A stretch of DNA of 54,081 nucleotides, counting the filler, from Sphacelaria rigidula (Eukaryota): NCBI GenBank assembly GCA_964200075.2. It is 5 parts of 5 records of this genome, joined end to end, with 100 filler letters (N's around TTAATTAATTAA, not from the genome) between each part and the next. Parts side by side here need not be neighbours in the genome. Positions count along the whole stretch, not along the records: positions 21,675 to 32,410 come from CAXNAA020006007.1; positions 32,511 to 43,246 come from CAXNAA020006008.1; 3 more parts are not named here. One strand, 5' to 3'. Position numbers and translations under genes: made by a program. The notes under the pieces were generated by a model. The model ran no database searches and had not been told where the DNA came from. It saw nothing but the letters and a program-made list of their open reading frames with translations. Shown piece by piece: positions 26,362 through 38,440 of this stretch (position 1 is the first letter of the stretch; each line of letters begins with the position of its first letter).

Positions 26362-28704
26362 AAGGGAGTGCTTGCTGTTGAACCATTGGCCACGTCTCCC
26401 AGAGAGGGTGGAACGTTGTACCCCGGTGGTCCTGACAGAGCGGCGATTGGCGGTGTAGACCAAGCTTGTCTCACTTTCTTCATGTCATGTGAGGGCAAGA
26501 AGGCGGTCAGACGAGTCATGACCGGCCTGTGTACTCGACCGCTATGTCGTACTTTTTTGGGGTAGCGTAGGCTGCTGTCTAGGGTCACGATATTTACCGT
26601 TGTCCAGGGTCACGAGATGTCCCTATGCTCCGAAGTGTCGTGGGTGGCATCATTATTCGTCGATCAAGGAATATTGACCAATCAGATCTCGTGATCCTTT
26701 TCTTTTTTGCCAGTAAGAACCCTGAGTGCCACTTTACCATCGCTTGCTGTCTGTGGTTGAAACAACGAACTGGGGGGGGGGTGGGAACAGCGAAGGGCAC
26801 CGTGGGCCTGGCCTGCCCTGATGTATGTGATTAATAGTGTTACTACTGACTGTTGTTGTCGCATAAATACCAGTACGCAAATAATTGTAAACGCTACGCG
26901 TGCCCGCGATGGTGTGCGAAGTAGTGCTTCCCTCGTGAAAAACAAGAAGAGAAGTGCAACGATAGTTGGGGGTGTGTAAAAATGTTGGGAATGTTCTAGT
27001 TTTTGTCCCATGAAATCGCCCCTCCTCCTTCGGGGAGCGCGTCCTGACGACAACTCTGCATAGAGTTTGATGGCCCCTATTCTGGGGAACCTTCGCTACT
27101 GACTAGTAGTATTTTGAAATGCTTGGGTCGGGGTCAACTCAGTAACACCTTTTTTAGGGGGGAACGTTTTTCATGTTTCCATTATGACAAAGGGTCTGAG
27201 AAGTTCGCGACATTTCCCCAACCTTTTATGGCTGCGCGACTCAAGACGCAAGATCAGGGAGCGAGGTGAAGCGGGGTGTAGTGGGGTGTCAAGGAGGGCG
27301 GTGAACCAGGTACCCGGACCGGTACGGTGCGAACAGGGCTCTATATTTTGATAAAGGTGACCGCACGCCGTGTAGGCTGTACGTCGTGTGGAAACAAGAG
27401 TAGTGTTAAACGGACACATGGCCTTGACTGGTGGTATTCCCAAGGCGGCTGCAGTACAAATTATTCTTCTCGGCTTGCTCCTCCCTGATATTAAACGCTT
27501 TGATGCTCATTTGATGTAGTTTGCACATTATGACGGCACAACCGGTGGTTTGTATTCGGAGAAGAGAGCACATGCAACGTAGGGAGCGCAACCTCTTGGA
27601 TCCATTCTTATGGGTATGAGTACACGTGGTTGTGAGAAAAAAGGGTGTATGATCCACGTTGTAGTAGTAGAAGTAGCAGTGGGCGAGGAACAGCAAAGCG
27701 TGTACCCCTTATGGTGTCGTGGCGAAACCGTCCAGGGATGGACGCGTAGACAGCATGCAGGCTGCTGTAGCCTACAACCTGCATACACTATCTACTTCGA
27801 AGTATATGTTTGTGAGTGAAAACAGGGGCGTTTCAAGTGTTTTCGGGGTCGCTTCTGACGGACGTTATCGTGTGCTACATCCCCGTACCGTTGTTGCTCG
27901 ACGGGCGGGCAGGGACCTTTGATTGTTTGTACGTGTGCGATGCCATGTTTTGACATTGGTATGTATGCCCGTTGACCTATCGGTACCCTATGAATACCGC
28001 ATGCGGTGGGCAGACGAGAGATGCACAGCATGTAGGTTTGTGTACATCAACCCGCTAACTAAGCGTCGGCGTAGTTTAAGAGGGGTGGTGGAAGCGATCT
28101 TAGACACGATTTCATGCATGTCGAAACCTTGTTGTGGATTTTTTTCGGTCGATTTCAGCTTCGTGCTCGGACAGACACCTGCGAGGGATAACGTCGCCGT
28201 TTTCCCGCAAGTGAGCGCTCAACACTGGGCGAATTGAGAAGTAGACATAGAACCACATGTTTTTGTTCAGCTCTGAGGAACGTCGGCAACATGACTGCGT
28301 GATTACGGAGACCAACGCTTATTACCACCACAGTGTAATCGATATGCTTCGTGTGTATATGTTGACTGATACGTCGGCACTCCAGTCTCGGTCACGCGCG
28401 GCGCATGTACCCACTGGGAAAACAAAACGAACACTCTCGCTGATGGACACCCGATAAAGGGGAAATAGGTGATACAGGGAAAAGAAGAGAAGGAGGAGAG
28501 CACACAGAAAGAGAAACGAGAAAAAAGGGAAAGAAGAAGAAGAAGAAGAAGATGCAAAGCAAAACAAATAAAAGAGGAAAATGGATAGAGGAGAAAATAA
28601 AGAATAAACCAACCCAAGGGAAACTCTAGGTTAAGATCTCGTAGCGATTGCGAGAGAACGTCCCCGACAGGCAGGCAACCACCGCAACAGGGCTTCAGGT
28701 AAAG

Positions 28705-28960
28705 GAGCAATGCTACGTTAGGGGTGCACCTTTTGCGCAAAATCTTATCTGGTTCAGGGGCTCCTAGCGAACCTAGATGCACAAGAATATGGACCACATT
28801 GTCCCTGTTTGCAAATTCATTCGGACTATCCCTAGCACATTGGGATAGTAAATCCTGGCGTACTCTCGCTTATTCCACAAGTCTTGTTTTGGGTGAGGGA
28901 AAGGGCTCCTAACACTTCTAACCTCAAAAATATTTGTGCACCCCTACCGTAGCATTACTC
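28705..28960. mobile_element. MITE with ~25-bp TIRs, GAG...CTC termini and 4-bp TSD AAAG (Sola2-like)
   Basis: AAAG|GAGCAATGCTACGTTAGGGGTGCAC ... GTGCACCCCTACCGTAGCATTACTC|AAAG. Confidence 0.75.
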
Positions 28961-29050
28961 AAAGAGGACATATAACAAAGAAACGAAAGAGTAAAATAAA
29001 TCGGACATGAAGAACTAAGAGAAGGAATTGAAAACAAGAAGAGATAAGAA

Positions 29051-29296
29051 GGGGAGCGGGGAGTACTCATGATATTGCATGCCGTAGTCATATGACCATT
29101 GTCTTCGCATTCCCACAAAACTCGGACGGAGCACGTCGGTTTTTCGTCGCACCACGCTCGCAATCAATCACCAAGCGAAGCGCCGTGATGTTTTCGGCGA
29201 GTCCCATCTAGGGTGAGCTGCATCCTGCTAGGATTGTTCGGTCCAACGCCTACTAATTATCTTGCATTTGGACGACAGCCTATAGTGAGTTGCTTC
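29051..29296 (-). mobile_element. LINE 3' end (subfamily B)
   Basis: Inverted match to 4921-5155. Reads ...CEDNGHMTTACNIMST followed by a C-rich tract. Confidence 0.75.
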
Positions 29297-29551
29297 AGGT
29301 GCTCTTCCTCGTCGACTTTCTGTCTTAAGTCGACTTTCTGTCTTAGCGCTACTTTCCCCTTGAACCTACCCGTTCTGTAAGTATTGTTTCGTACCCCCCA
29401 TCTTCACCTATGGACCTAATATCGTCCTGTGTTCCCCTGCTATCCTTCCATACTTTCTCGACTACGATATCCCAACTCATTTCAGCTTGATTTTTCATTA
29501 TTCTTTCCCATACGGCCCTATCAATCATTTTTTATTGTCATCATTATCATT

Positions 29552-29582
<31 letters not shown>

Positions 29583-29640
29583 TTACTACTACTACTACTA
29601 CTACTATTACTATTATTAACATTATTAATGTTTTTAATAC

Positions 29641-29950
29641 TTTTATTTCTCGCACTTGGAATCCTTCCCCTTGCTTGAAACGGGTCCGTGGTCTGAAGGA
29701 ATTAACCCATCTCTCCCCGATGCGCACGTTGCATTTTGGTTTCGCGGATTGGGTTATGACTATCAGCACTCCCGCACCGCGCCAACTCACGTCAAACAAA
29801 CTTTGTCAACTGCTTCGTTTACCCACGTTCTCACGCTTTCCACGGTGGAAATCGGACACTACGAAGAAAAACCCAACGCATCGGGGATCGTACCCTCGTT
29901 CTCTCCACCCTGATGGCGACAGCCGGACCATTACACCACCGGGGCGCGGC
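29641..29950 (-). mobile_element. tRNA-derived SINE family B
   Basis: Minus-strand head GCCGCGCCCCGGTGGTGTAATGG (A box) ... GGTACGATCC (degenerate B box), with an A-rich tail. Homologous to 31415-31895. Confidence 0.75.
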
Positions 29951-29954
29951 GGCA

Positions 29955-31330
29955 ATCTTCTGCTGCATATTCTAGCTCCGGTACAGTCACGTTCATCAGA
30001 ATATGTATCTTAATCCTAGTGTGGGGGTGCACGTCTCTCAGGATCGCGTCTATCTTGTCTATGTGAGCTTTACCCTTCGCTATTAATTCATTTTGCGTGC
30101 ATCCCAAAAACAATCTCTTCGGATATCTCCGCGCCGAGGCACGTAAACTGGTCGACGATCGGCAGTTCTTTTTTTTCTTGTCACTTCTGTTTGAATTCTA
30201 CCTGCCATGTTTTCCTTGCCTTCCTTACATACCACTACCGCGACTTTATTGGCGTTCTTTGCCATTCTCCAGTTTCTAGGGTATTCTAGCGCCTTCTCTG
30301 TTTTTGCAATCCTTCTGGCGTTTCTGGTATTTCCACGAAATCATCCGCCAACATCAATCTCAATATCGTACATTCCCGACCCTGACTCCTTGCTTTGCTG
30401 CTCCTACTGCGACTATCATGCCAATAATAAATACCTCAAATACGGTGGGTAATAACATATCACCTTGTGCGACTCCTTGTGAAATATGAACATACTTGGA
30501 TATTTCCCCATCCAGCATCATAGCATTTCTCGCACATTTTGCCATCTTTTCACCATTCTCCACATATTCCCTCTGATCCCAGGTTCTCACATATTTTCTC
30601 CACAGTCCATTTCCCCATACTGTGCCGTAGGCGTTCTGTACGCCTAGAAAGAAAGAGTACGTTGTTAGCCCCGCGTCTTTCCTACCTTGGTATAGCCACA
30701 CCATTGTGCACACATGGTCTACGCCGCTGCGATTCGGTCTAAACCGTGGTTGCCCCTTGCTGAGTTTGTCTTCCTTAGCCAGCATTGTTCTCATTCTATC
30801 GTTCAGAATCTTGCAGAATATTTTACTGACGGTGTTTAGTAGCGTTATTCCTCCTTGTTTCCCTGGCTCAGCCTTATCTCCTTTCCTGAAAAAGGATCAC
30901 CACTACTCCATCCCTCCACTCCTTGGGTGTGTACTCGTTTCCCCAGATCTAGCTATACAACAGACCCGTCATAAAAGTCGTCTCCTCTCCCCCATACTTC
31001 ATAAATCCATTGAATATTTCGTCTGCCCCTGCTGTATTTCTATTCTTAAGGTTTCCTACATACTCCTTTACTTCCTCTCTCCTCGTGAACTCTCTCTGCA
31101 ATGATGTCAATCCACTATCTTACCCGTTTGATGCCTCTGCATTTACCTCTGCCCACACGTCGGTGTCTCTGTCGAAAACCGTGCCAAACCTCTTGACAGT
31201 TGCTGGTGTTCCTAGTATTGGGTAATGCTCTACTACTATAGTAGTTCTCGATTCCCTTTGACACTACTCACCATTATTTCACCATTGTGTGCTCTTAGTG
31301 TCTCTATTTTCTCATTTGCCCTACCTACGC
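29955..31330 (-). pseudogene. LINE reverse transcriptase (L2/CR1-group-like), frameshifted
   Basis: Reads RFRPNRSGVDH, FLGVQNAYGTVW, QGVAQG..LLPTVF, then ADDFV near 30345, then thumb motif ...HIDKIDAILRD...VPELEYAA. Confidence 0.9.
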
Positions 31331-31414
31331 GTACGCCCAGCATCCATTTCATCCCTACCCACATTTTCTTCATCCCACAGTCGAAAGCGCTCATATGTTC
31401 AATGACCTTTTTCT

Positions 31415-31895
31415 TTTATTATTTGTTGCACTTTGAACCCTTCCCCTTACTCGCGACGAGCCCGTGGTCTCAAGGGATAAACCCATCTCTCCCCGGTACA
31501 CCCCTTGCATTTTGTTCTTGCGGATTGGGCCAGCACTCCTGCACCGCGTCATCTCTCGTCAAACAAATACAGTCGACTACTTTGTTTTCCCACGTTATTT
31601 GTCGCACTTTGAACCCTTTCCCTTACTCGCGACGAGCCCGTGGTCTCAAGGAATCAACCCATCTCTCCCCGGTACACACCTTGCATTTTGTTCTTGCAGA
31701 TTGGGTCAGCACTCCTGCACCGCGTCAACTGTCGTCAAACAAACTCAGTCGACTACTTTGTTTACCCACGTTCTTACGCTATCCACGGTGGAAATCAGAT
31801 ACTACGAAGAAAACACCTAGCGCATAGGGAATCGAACCCCCGTGCTCTCTACCGTGATGGCGACAGTCGAACCATTACACCACCCGAGCGCGGCC
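31415..31895 (-). mobile_element. tRNA-derived SINE family B with a duplicated 3' half
   Basis: A box TGGTGTAATGG and B box GGTTCGATTCC. 31428-31600 duplicates 31604-31775. Confidence 0.8.
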
Positions 31896-32099
31896 GCAGT
31901 AGGATCTACACTTTTTGTATATCCCTTTCATTTTCATCTTTGCCATCTTTCTTACCTCTTTTCTAGCTTTAGCATTATCCTTCCACCCTGCCGTATTCTC
32001 ATTCGACATTATCTTCCGTGGGACTCTCTCCTTACACTCCCAGACTATCCCTCACTCCACCATTTTACCGCCCTGTTGCATTCGATTAGTTTCTTCCCT

Positions 32100-32358
32100 G
32101 AGTGGTGCTGCGGTAGAGGTGCAAAATATTCTGTGAGGTTCCCATTGCTATGGGCCGCCCTATGTAATCCAAAAACGACTGATGAAATATGTAAAAGTAC
32201 GCCACGATGACCATTCCAATGGGCAAGGGATATCCTTAGTGAATTTGAAAGAATATAATGTCCTGACCCATATTTCTTGTACGCTCCTAACTTCAGGAGC
32301 TCCTGAATGAGAAAAAAATGGGACCAATAATGGTACAACCCCTGCCGTATCGTGACTC
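32100..32358. mobile_element. Diverged inverted copy of the 28705-28960 MITE
   Basis: GAGTGGTGCTGCGGTAGAGGTGCA ... TACAACCCCTGCCGTATCGTGACTC. The interior aligns with the reverse complement of 28705-28960. Confidence 0.6.
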
Positions 32359-32410
32359 CTATGACGGTTTAAGAGACAACCAACTAGACTACTGACAAGT
32401 CAGCGCTGAC

Positions 32411-32510
32411 NNNNNNNNNNNNNNNNNNNNNNNNNNNNNNNNNNNNNNNNNNNNTTAATTAATTAANNNNNNNNNNNNNNNNNNNNNNNNNNNNNNNNNN
32501 NNNNNNNNNN
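32411..32510. other. Artificial contig linker
   Basis: N44-TTAATTAATTAA-N44. Confidence 0.98.
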
Positions 32511-32627
32511 CACTCCCGTGCAAAGCTTACACATACAAGTTCATCGCCAGGATGCAAAAAGCAACCATAATGCCAACGACCTCGATACACCGCCCATCAT
32601 ACCCAAGCAAAGACCACCCGTATATAA

Positions 32628-32980
32628 GCCGGTCGCCTCGGTGGCCAAGGTGGTAACCTCGAAACCTTCTGACGGTTGGGTTCTGGGTTCGCATCTCGGA
32701 GCGATCTGGGATTTCTTGCCATGCCCAATAGTGGAGAGCGACTGCGTCGTGGGTACACAACATCCGACTGCACGGTCGACGAGGGGGAGGGACTGCTGAA
32801 CCCCTCTCGCGATAAAAACAAAAGCAAAGCACCGCAGAAGGCAGGTGGAGTATCAAAACATAAACAAAAGAAGGGAAACTCCTGTGTTGACCTTCCTCCC
32901 GCGTGACCCCGACGGGTGCGCCCACATATGCCGGAAGGTGCAGACCGGCGCCAAGAATAGATATACCGACAACACACACA
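32628..32980 (+). mobile_element. SINE family A, unit 1
   Basis: A box TGGCCAAGGTGG, B-box-like GGTTCGCATC, CA tail, with TATAT on both sides. Confidence 0.85.
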
Positions 32981-32982
32981 TA

Positions 32983-33765
32983 TATCGTCAACGTGGGATA
33001 TGGGTGGCGGGGATGTTTCAACAAGCCCACTGCCATAACGTCACCACCTTTGTAACAAAATCTACACCAGACCAAGCGAGTATGTACGAAAACACGCCTG
33101 GCAGCCAATGACAACGCCAATGTCGGCACGTGACGAGCTACTTGCCGGGGCCACACCTGGTCAGTGCGGATGTGTGTGTGTCCGATCGCCATGAAGTATA
33201 TTTCCGCTCGGCCCAACACACCGCGACCAACGAGCGATCTCAAATGCCCCGAAGCGGCTATGGTTTTTGTTTTCTCCGATACACTTGTCCACTTGGAGGT
33301 TGCGTTCACAGATACGCGGGTCCCTTCCATCAACGTTGCGTCTCGAAGGGGCGAGACAACACCCGATGGCTCGCATCTGCGAGACGCAACGTTGATGGAA
33401 GGGACCCGCGTATCTGACAATGCAACCTTCAAATAGACAACTGCATGGGCGAAAACAAAAACCACAGCCGCTGGGGGGTACCTGGAATCGCTCGTTGGTC
33501 GCGGTGTGTTGGACCGAGCAGAAATCAACTTCATGATGGTCGGCCACACACACATCCTCACTGACCAGGTGTTGCCCAGGCAAGTAGCTCGTCACCTGCC
33601 GACATTGGCGTTGTTGGCTGCCAGGCTTTTTTCATACATACTCGCGTGGTCTGGCATAGGTTCCCTCACAAACGTGGCGGCGTTACGACCGTCGGCTTGT
33701 TTCAACACCCATGACCCCGACAGTGGTGATATATACGATTGCAATTCGCGTGGCTTCGGTGAAAA
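32983..33765. repeat. Long palindrome of a transposase catalytic-exon fragment, unit 1
   Basis: Perfect 37-bp stem 33309-33345/33380-33416, with imperfect pairing over ~360 bp per arm. The right arm encodes LQIDNCMGENKN then, after a frameshift, YLESLVGRGVLDRAEINFMMVGHTHILTDQV. Confidence 0.9.
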
Positions 33766-35139
33766 GATAAGTTACATCCCCCCCATATGGGTGGGAACAA
33801 GAAACACCCCACACCTCTTGTTTTGACCACAGCTTCGCCACGTTTGCCTGTAGATCGAGCGTCAACTGATTCTTAAACCCTAAACCCTGTGCTCATACTG
33901 TTGTGGATCAGAATGGGGGGCCCAACGACCCTTAATACCCACTACAAGAAACATAATGAGAAAACTCCAAGGAATAATGAGCACGTCATCAGGTGGTCCC
34001 ACCCCTGCCAGGCAGAACACGAACTCAACACACGCTACATCCCTCATCGACTTGGTTCAGCGCGCGACAGCTGTGGGTTCTCTGATCGCGCGGCTCTACA
34101 CACAGGAAACAAGCCGGCCCACGGCACTTCACAGCCCCCCGCATACACACAACAGCTGGGAACCTAGTTTGTGATTTGCTCAATTCGTCACAGCGGATCC
34201 AAAAAGCCCGAAAATTGAACAACAGAAACAAAAAAAAAGGCATTTTTGTATCATCTTGGTCAGGGGCGGCCTCGTGTCACGCGTGAGGGAAAAAACGCAA
34301 GCCTCATGACCTAGACTGGGTGTGCGGGCAGCGCACGCAAGAAACCGCAATCCAGTCCTCCGCTTCGTTGCCGACATGGCCGCTGTGAAAAATACGCACG
34401 ACGACATGCTACAAGAAGAGAGGCACAGCAACGACACAAGTAGCAGTTCTCATCCTCCTGTTGCTGTAACTCTGCGTACAGGTGTACAACAACGTCAGTC
34501 ACAGGTGTGTTGTAGACTGTACTATAATAATAGTACATGTTGTATGAGCGTGGTCGTCATATCCACGTGACGCGTGTACTAGTGATGGATACTCACTGGT
34601 CCATGTGGGCCTCATTTCTTCCGTGTACAGCGATCAGTGGGCATCTTTCCCGAAATATGGTAATCAAAGTCGGCCCCCATCCCGATCAATAACTGGTGAG
34701 CGCAACGGTGCATTATGATACCAGCGTGATACGGCAGGCGACAGGACGATTCACAACGTACGATTCTACCATGCTACCGCACAGGCCTGGGGTGTGCTTT
34801 TGCGGAAACGCTGTGTTATCAACAAAAAAAGCGGGCTCTCGAAAACGAAGGAAATGCGCAGCAGCGGCCATGACCAAAAGTGGGGGGGGGGATCCCGTCT
34901 TTCTCTCACGTGATGACATTCAATTCTTTCTTGTGACTTACAGCGAGCGGCACAGCGCGCCGTCACTGCCACAGGGAAACGTTCATTCGCAGCTACCCAA
35001 ACAATCGCATCTCCGCCCACAGAGTTGTGGCGTGACAATGATCTCGACCAACCGCCCTTTACTCACAACGGCCACGACCTTCTGGTCTTCGGAATACCAC
35101 GTGCGCATTGGGATCACCAACAACGCAACGGCTTCTTCT

Positions 35140-35662
35140 CTGTTGCACCTCATTCCAGCCTGCCCTTTCGTACTCTTTTCCCATACAGCCTCATCCACTC
35201 TCAACAGCTGACGATCTATATCTTCGCATGTTCTCGACGCTATATCATCACCTCAAGTTTCTCATGTCTCTGTAGTTTCCAAGTGAGTACATCCCCGACT
35301 TTGCTCTCGGTGCTGTATCACTCGTCGTTTTTGAGCATCCAAGTATCTTCTTAGCTACTGCCATGTGTACTGTATCCAACTTCTTCACCAACTTCACGTT
35401 CCTCGACCATACTCCTGCTGCATATTCTAGCTTTGGTACAATCACGTTCACCAGGATACATCTCTTCATCCTCATGCCTAGGTGCGAATCTCTGAGGATC
35501 ACGTCCATCCTGCTGATCTGCGTCTTACCTTTTTCTAATACTTGGTTCATTTGCGCGTCCCAACAACAGTTTCTCGACATCTCTAGCCCAATGTATACTG
35601 GTCTACGATCTGCTGTTCCTCTTCCCCCCCTTTCCATTTGAACGCGACCGGATTATTCTCAT
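35140..35662 (-). pseudogene. LINE RT thumb/C-terminal fragment, unit 1
   Basis: Reads GKTQISRMDVILRDSHL...VPKLEYAAGVW...AKKILGCSKTT. Same family as 29955-30120. Confidence 0.8.
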
Positions 35663-37288
35663 AGATTGTTCTGTTTCGCATCGCGCCTCCAATTTTCCGA
35701 TTCTTTCCTACATTGGAGTGGCACGGAATGGAAAAGGGACAGAAGAGACAGACGCCTTCAATGAAGAGCGACGGAACTCGCCTTCGGCGGCATCTGAGCC
35801 GCCGGCGTGAAGCAGAGATGGTTCTAGAGCTGTCAGGGCGCTTCTTAACCCTTGGACCGCGAAGCGGGTAATCCATCTGGATCACGCATTCTTTCATCAA
35901 GTGAAAATTGATGCCAATTCAGCCGGTCACCAACCCGTCGCGGTCTAGGGGTTAACGAAGGAGATTATCCCCTTATTCACAATCCCCTTTTAACAGGAGA
36001 TTGACCCATAACTGGCTGCATGCGTGTCGAAAACGACCTACAACGTGTCGATACTGACCGTTTTGTAAGCGTGCGCTGCGCGCGCGTCTCACACACATCA
36101 TCATTTCTCAATGAATTCTGAATAGATGTCAGCAAGGTTTGTCGATACTGTAGGACTTGGGAATGGTGGTTAGGGCCTGTCTTTTCGGTCGAAAAAATGG
36201 GGCGGTCGAATTGATCTGAGCGAAAAATTCTCCCTTGATGCAGTTGGGTCCAGATGGATGTTCAAGCTTTCCATCTAAAAAATACAGTGAAATTCGTGAC
36301 ACGGCACATGGCCACTCGTGTACAATACACAGTCTGTACTGTCTGCACCGCTTGCAAGTAGGGGTGTCTCGAGTGCGTGTGTGCATGTTTCGTTCAGGAG
36401 GATATGAAGGAGGAGCGGGCAACATGCAGCAGTGCAGACAGCCCAGGACTATCAGTTCTCCCTGCCTACAATGCGACGTGAAGAGGACTTCAGCAACGTG
36501 CAGCTTTGTACAGACCGCACTATCCATGAGCGTGCACGCAAACTCGGCCGCACACCGTACCACGCAGTTCTGTCGCTGATGCCCACCATGAGAGAACACG
36601 TGCAAGTTTTCGCCATCAAAAAATAACAAAGCATACCCAGCTACTGCAGTACATCTATCCCTGTGCTTGACTCGTGCTCGATGCTGCAGGGTTGCAGTGA
36701 TAGCTGTCCGTCTTCAGGTTCTAAAACTAACAACTTTTAAAAGTTCTCCTTGTTTTTCGAAAAGTACTCCGGAAAAAACGCGAGTATTTCCTGTCACAGA
36801 AATCTAATGCCGAATCTGGAATAGCCTGAGACAACAGTCAGTTTGGAATTTGGAATCTTCGGCACAAACGATTACCGCACATTTGTTAATGCTCTATGTC
36901 ACTCTTCAGTTCCATGTGCACTTCAGCACCTTGTCTATCTGCGGTGTACTCATGTCTACCTGTCGGGAGGAAAATGGGAGCCGGTCTTGACATGGATTCG
37001 ATCCCCACTATGACAAAGTAGGGCTTACACCATTATACTGCTCTCGCGACATCAATCTGCGTGGCCTCTAGGGGGGCGGAGCGCGGCTCGTACGTCATCG
37101 GGGGACACACTATGGGGATCACTGTACGAAGTCTCGTGTATTCAAGACCTGAAGCATTCACTCCCGGAACACACTCCCGTGCAAAGCTTACACATACAAG
37201 TTCATCGCCAGGATGCAAAAAGCAACCATAATGCCAACGACCTCGATACACCGCCCATCATACCCAAGCAAAGACCACCCGTATATAA

Positions 37289-37645
37289 GCCGGTCGCCCC
37301 GGTGGCCAAGGTGGTAACCTCGAAACCTTCTGACGGTTGGGTTCTGGGTTCGCATCTCGGAGCGATCTGGGATTTCTTGCCATGCCCAATAGTGGAGAGC
37401 GACTGCATCGTGGGTACACAACATCCGACTGCACGGTCGACGAAGGGAAGCGACTGCTGAACCCCTCTCGCGATAAAAACAAAAGCAAAGCACCGCAGAG
37501 GGCAGGCGGAGTATCAAAACAAGAAAAAACAAAAAAAGGGAAACTCCTGTGTTGACCTTCCTCGTGTGTGACCCCCACTGGTGTGCCCACATATGCCTGG
37601 AGGTGCAGACCGGTGCCCAGAATAGATGAGATGACAACACACACA
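37289..37645 (+). mobile_element. SINE family A, unit 2
   Basis: Near-identical to 32628-32980. Confidence 0.85.
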
Positions 37646-37648
37646 TAT

Positions 37649-38440
37649 ATCGTCATCGTGGGATATGGGTGGTGGGGTGTAGGTACAAGCCCACCGTCAT
37701 AGCGTCACCACCTTTGTAACAAAATCTACACCGTAACACGCGAGTATGTACGAAAACACGCCTAGCAGCCAATGACGGCGCCAATGTCGGCACGTGACGA
37801 GCTGCTTGCCTGGACAACACCTGGTCAGTGAGAATGTGTGTGTGTCCGGCCATCACGAAGCTCACTTCCGCTCGGCCCAACACACCGCGACCAACGAGCG
37901 ACTCCAGGTACCTCCCAGCGGCTATGGTTTTCATTCTCTCCGATACACTTGTCCATTGAAAGGTTGCATTGTCAGATACGCGGGTCCCTTCCATCAACGT
38001 TGCGTCTCGAAGGGGCGAGACAACACCCGATGGCTCGCATCTGCGAGACGCAACGTTGATGGAAGGGACCCGCGTATCTGTGAACGCAACCTTCAAATAG
38101 ACAACTGCATCGGGGAGAATAAAAACCACAGCCGCTGGGGGGCATTTGAGATCGCTCGTTGGTCGCGGTGTGTTGGACCGAGCAGAAATCAACTTCATGA
38201 TGGTCGGCCACACACACATCCTCACTGATCAGGTGTTGCCCAGGCAAGCAGCTCGTCACCTGCCGACATTCTCGTTGTTGGTCGCCAGGCTTTTTTCATA
38301 CATACTCGCGTGGTCTGGCATAGATTCCCTTACAAACGTGGCGGCGTTACGACCGTCGGCTTGTTTCGACATCCCCACCACCCATGACCCCGACAATGAC
38401 GATATGAACGATTGCAATTCGCGTGGCTTCGGTGGGAGCA
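37649..38440. repeat. Long palindrome of a transposase catalytic-exon fragment, unit 2
   Basis: Centre near 38026. The right arm encodes LQIDNCIGENKNH then LRSLVGRGVLDRAEINFMMVGHTHILTDQV. Confidence 0.9.

Noticed and set aside
26063-26588. Poly-Gly/poly-Pro ORFs and G-quadruplex element
   Set aside because: These arise from homopolymer G runs, which may be partly sequencing error. There is no coding evidence.
28705-32358. One 3.6-kb transposon bounded by long TIRs
   Set aside because: Each copy has its own TIR pair and the first has its own TSD, so they are two independent MITEs.
32527-33561. 344-aa ORF, the longest in the track, and the similar 248-aa ORF at 41738-42484
   Set aside because: They run through a palindrome and an antisense SINE. 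Only a short stretch is real transposase frame, so they are not genes.
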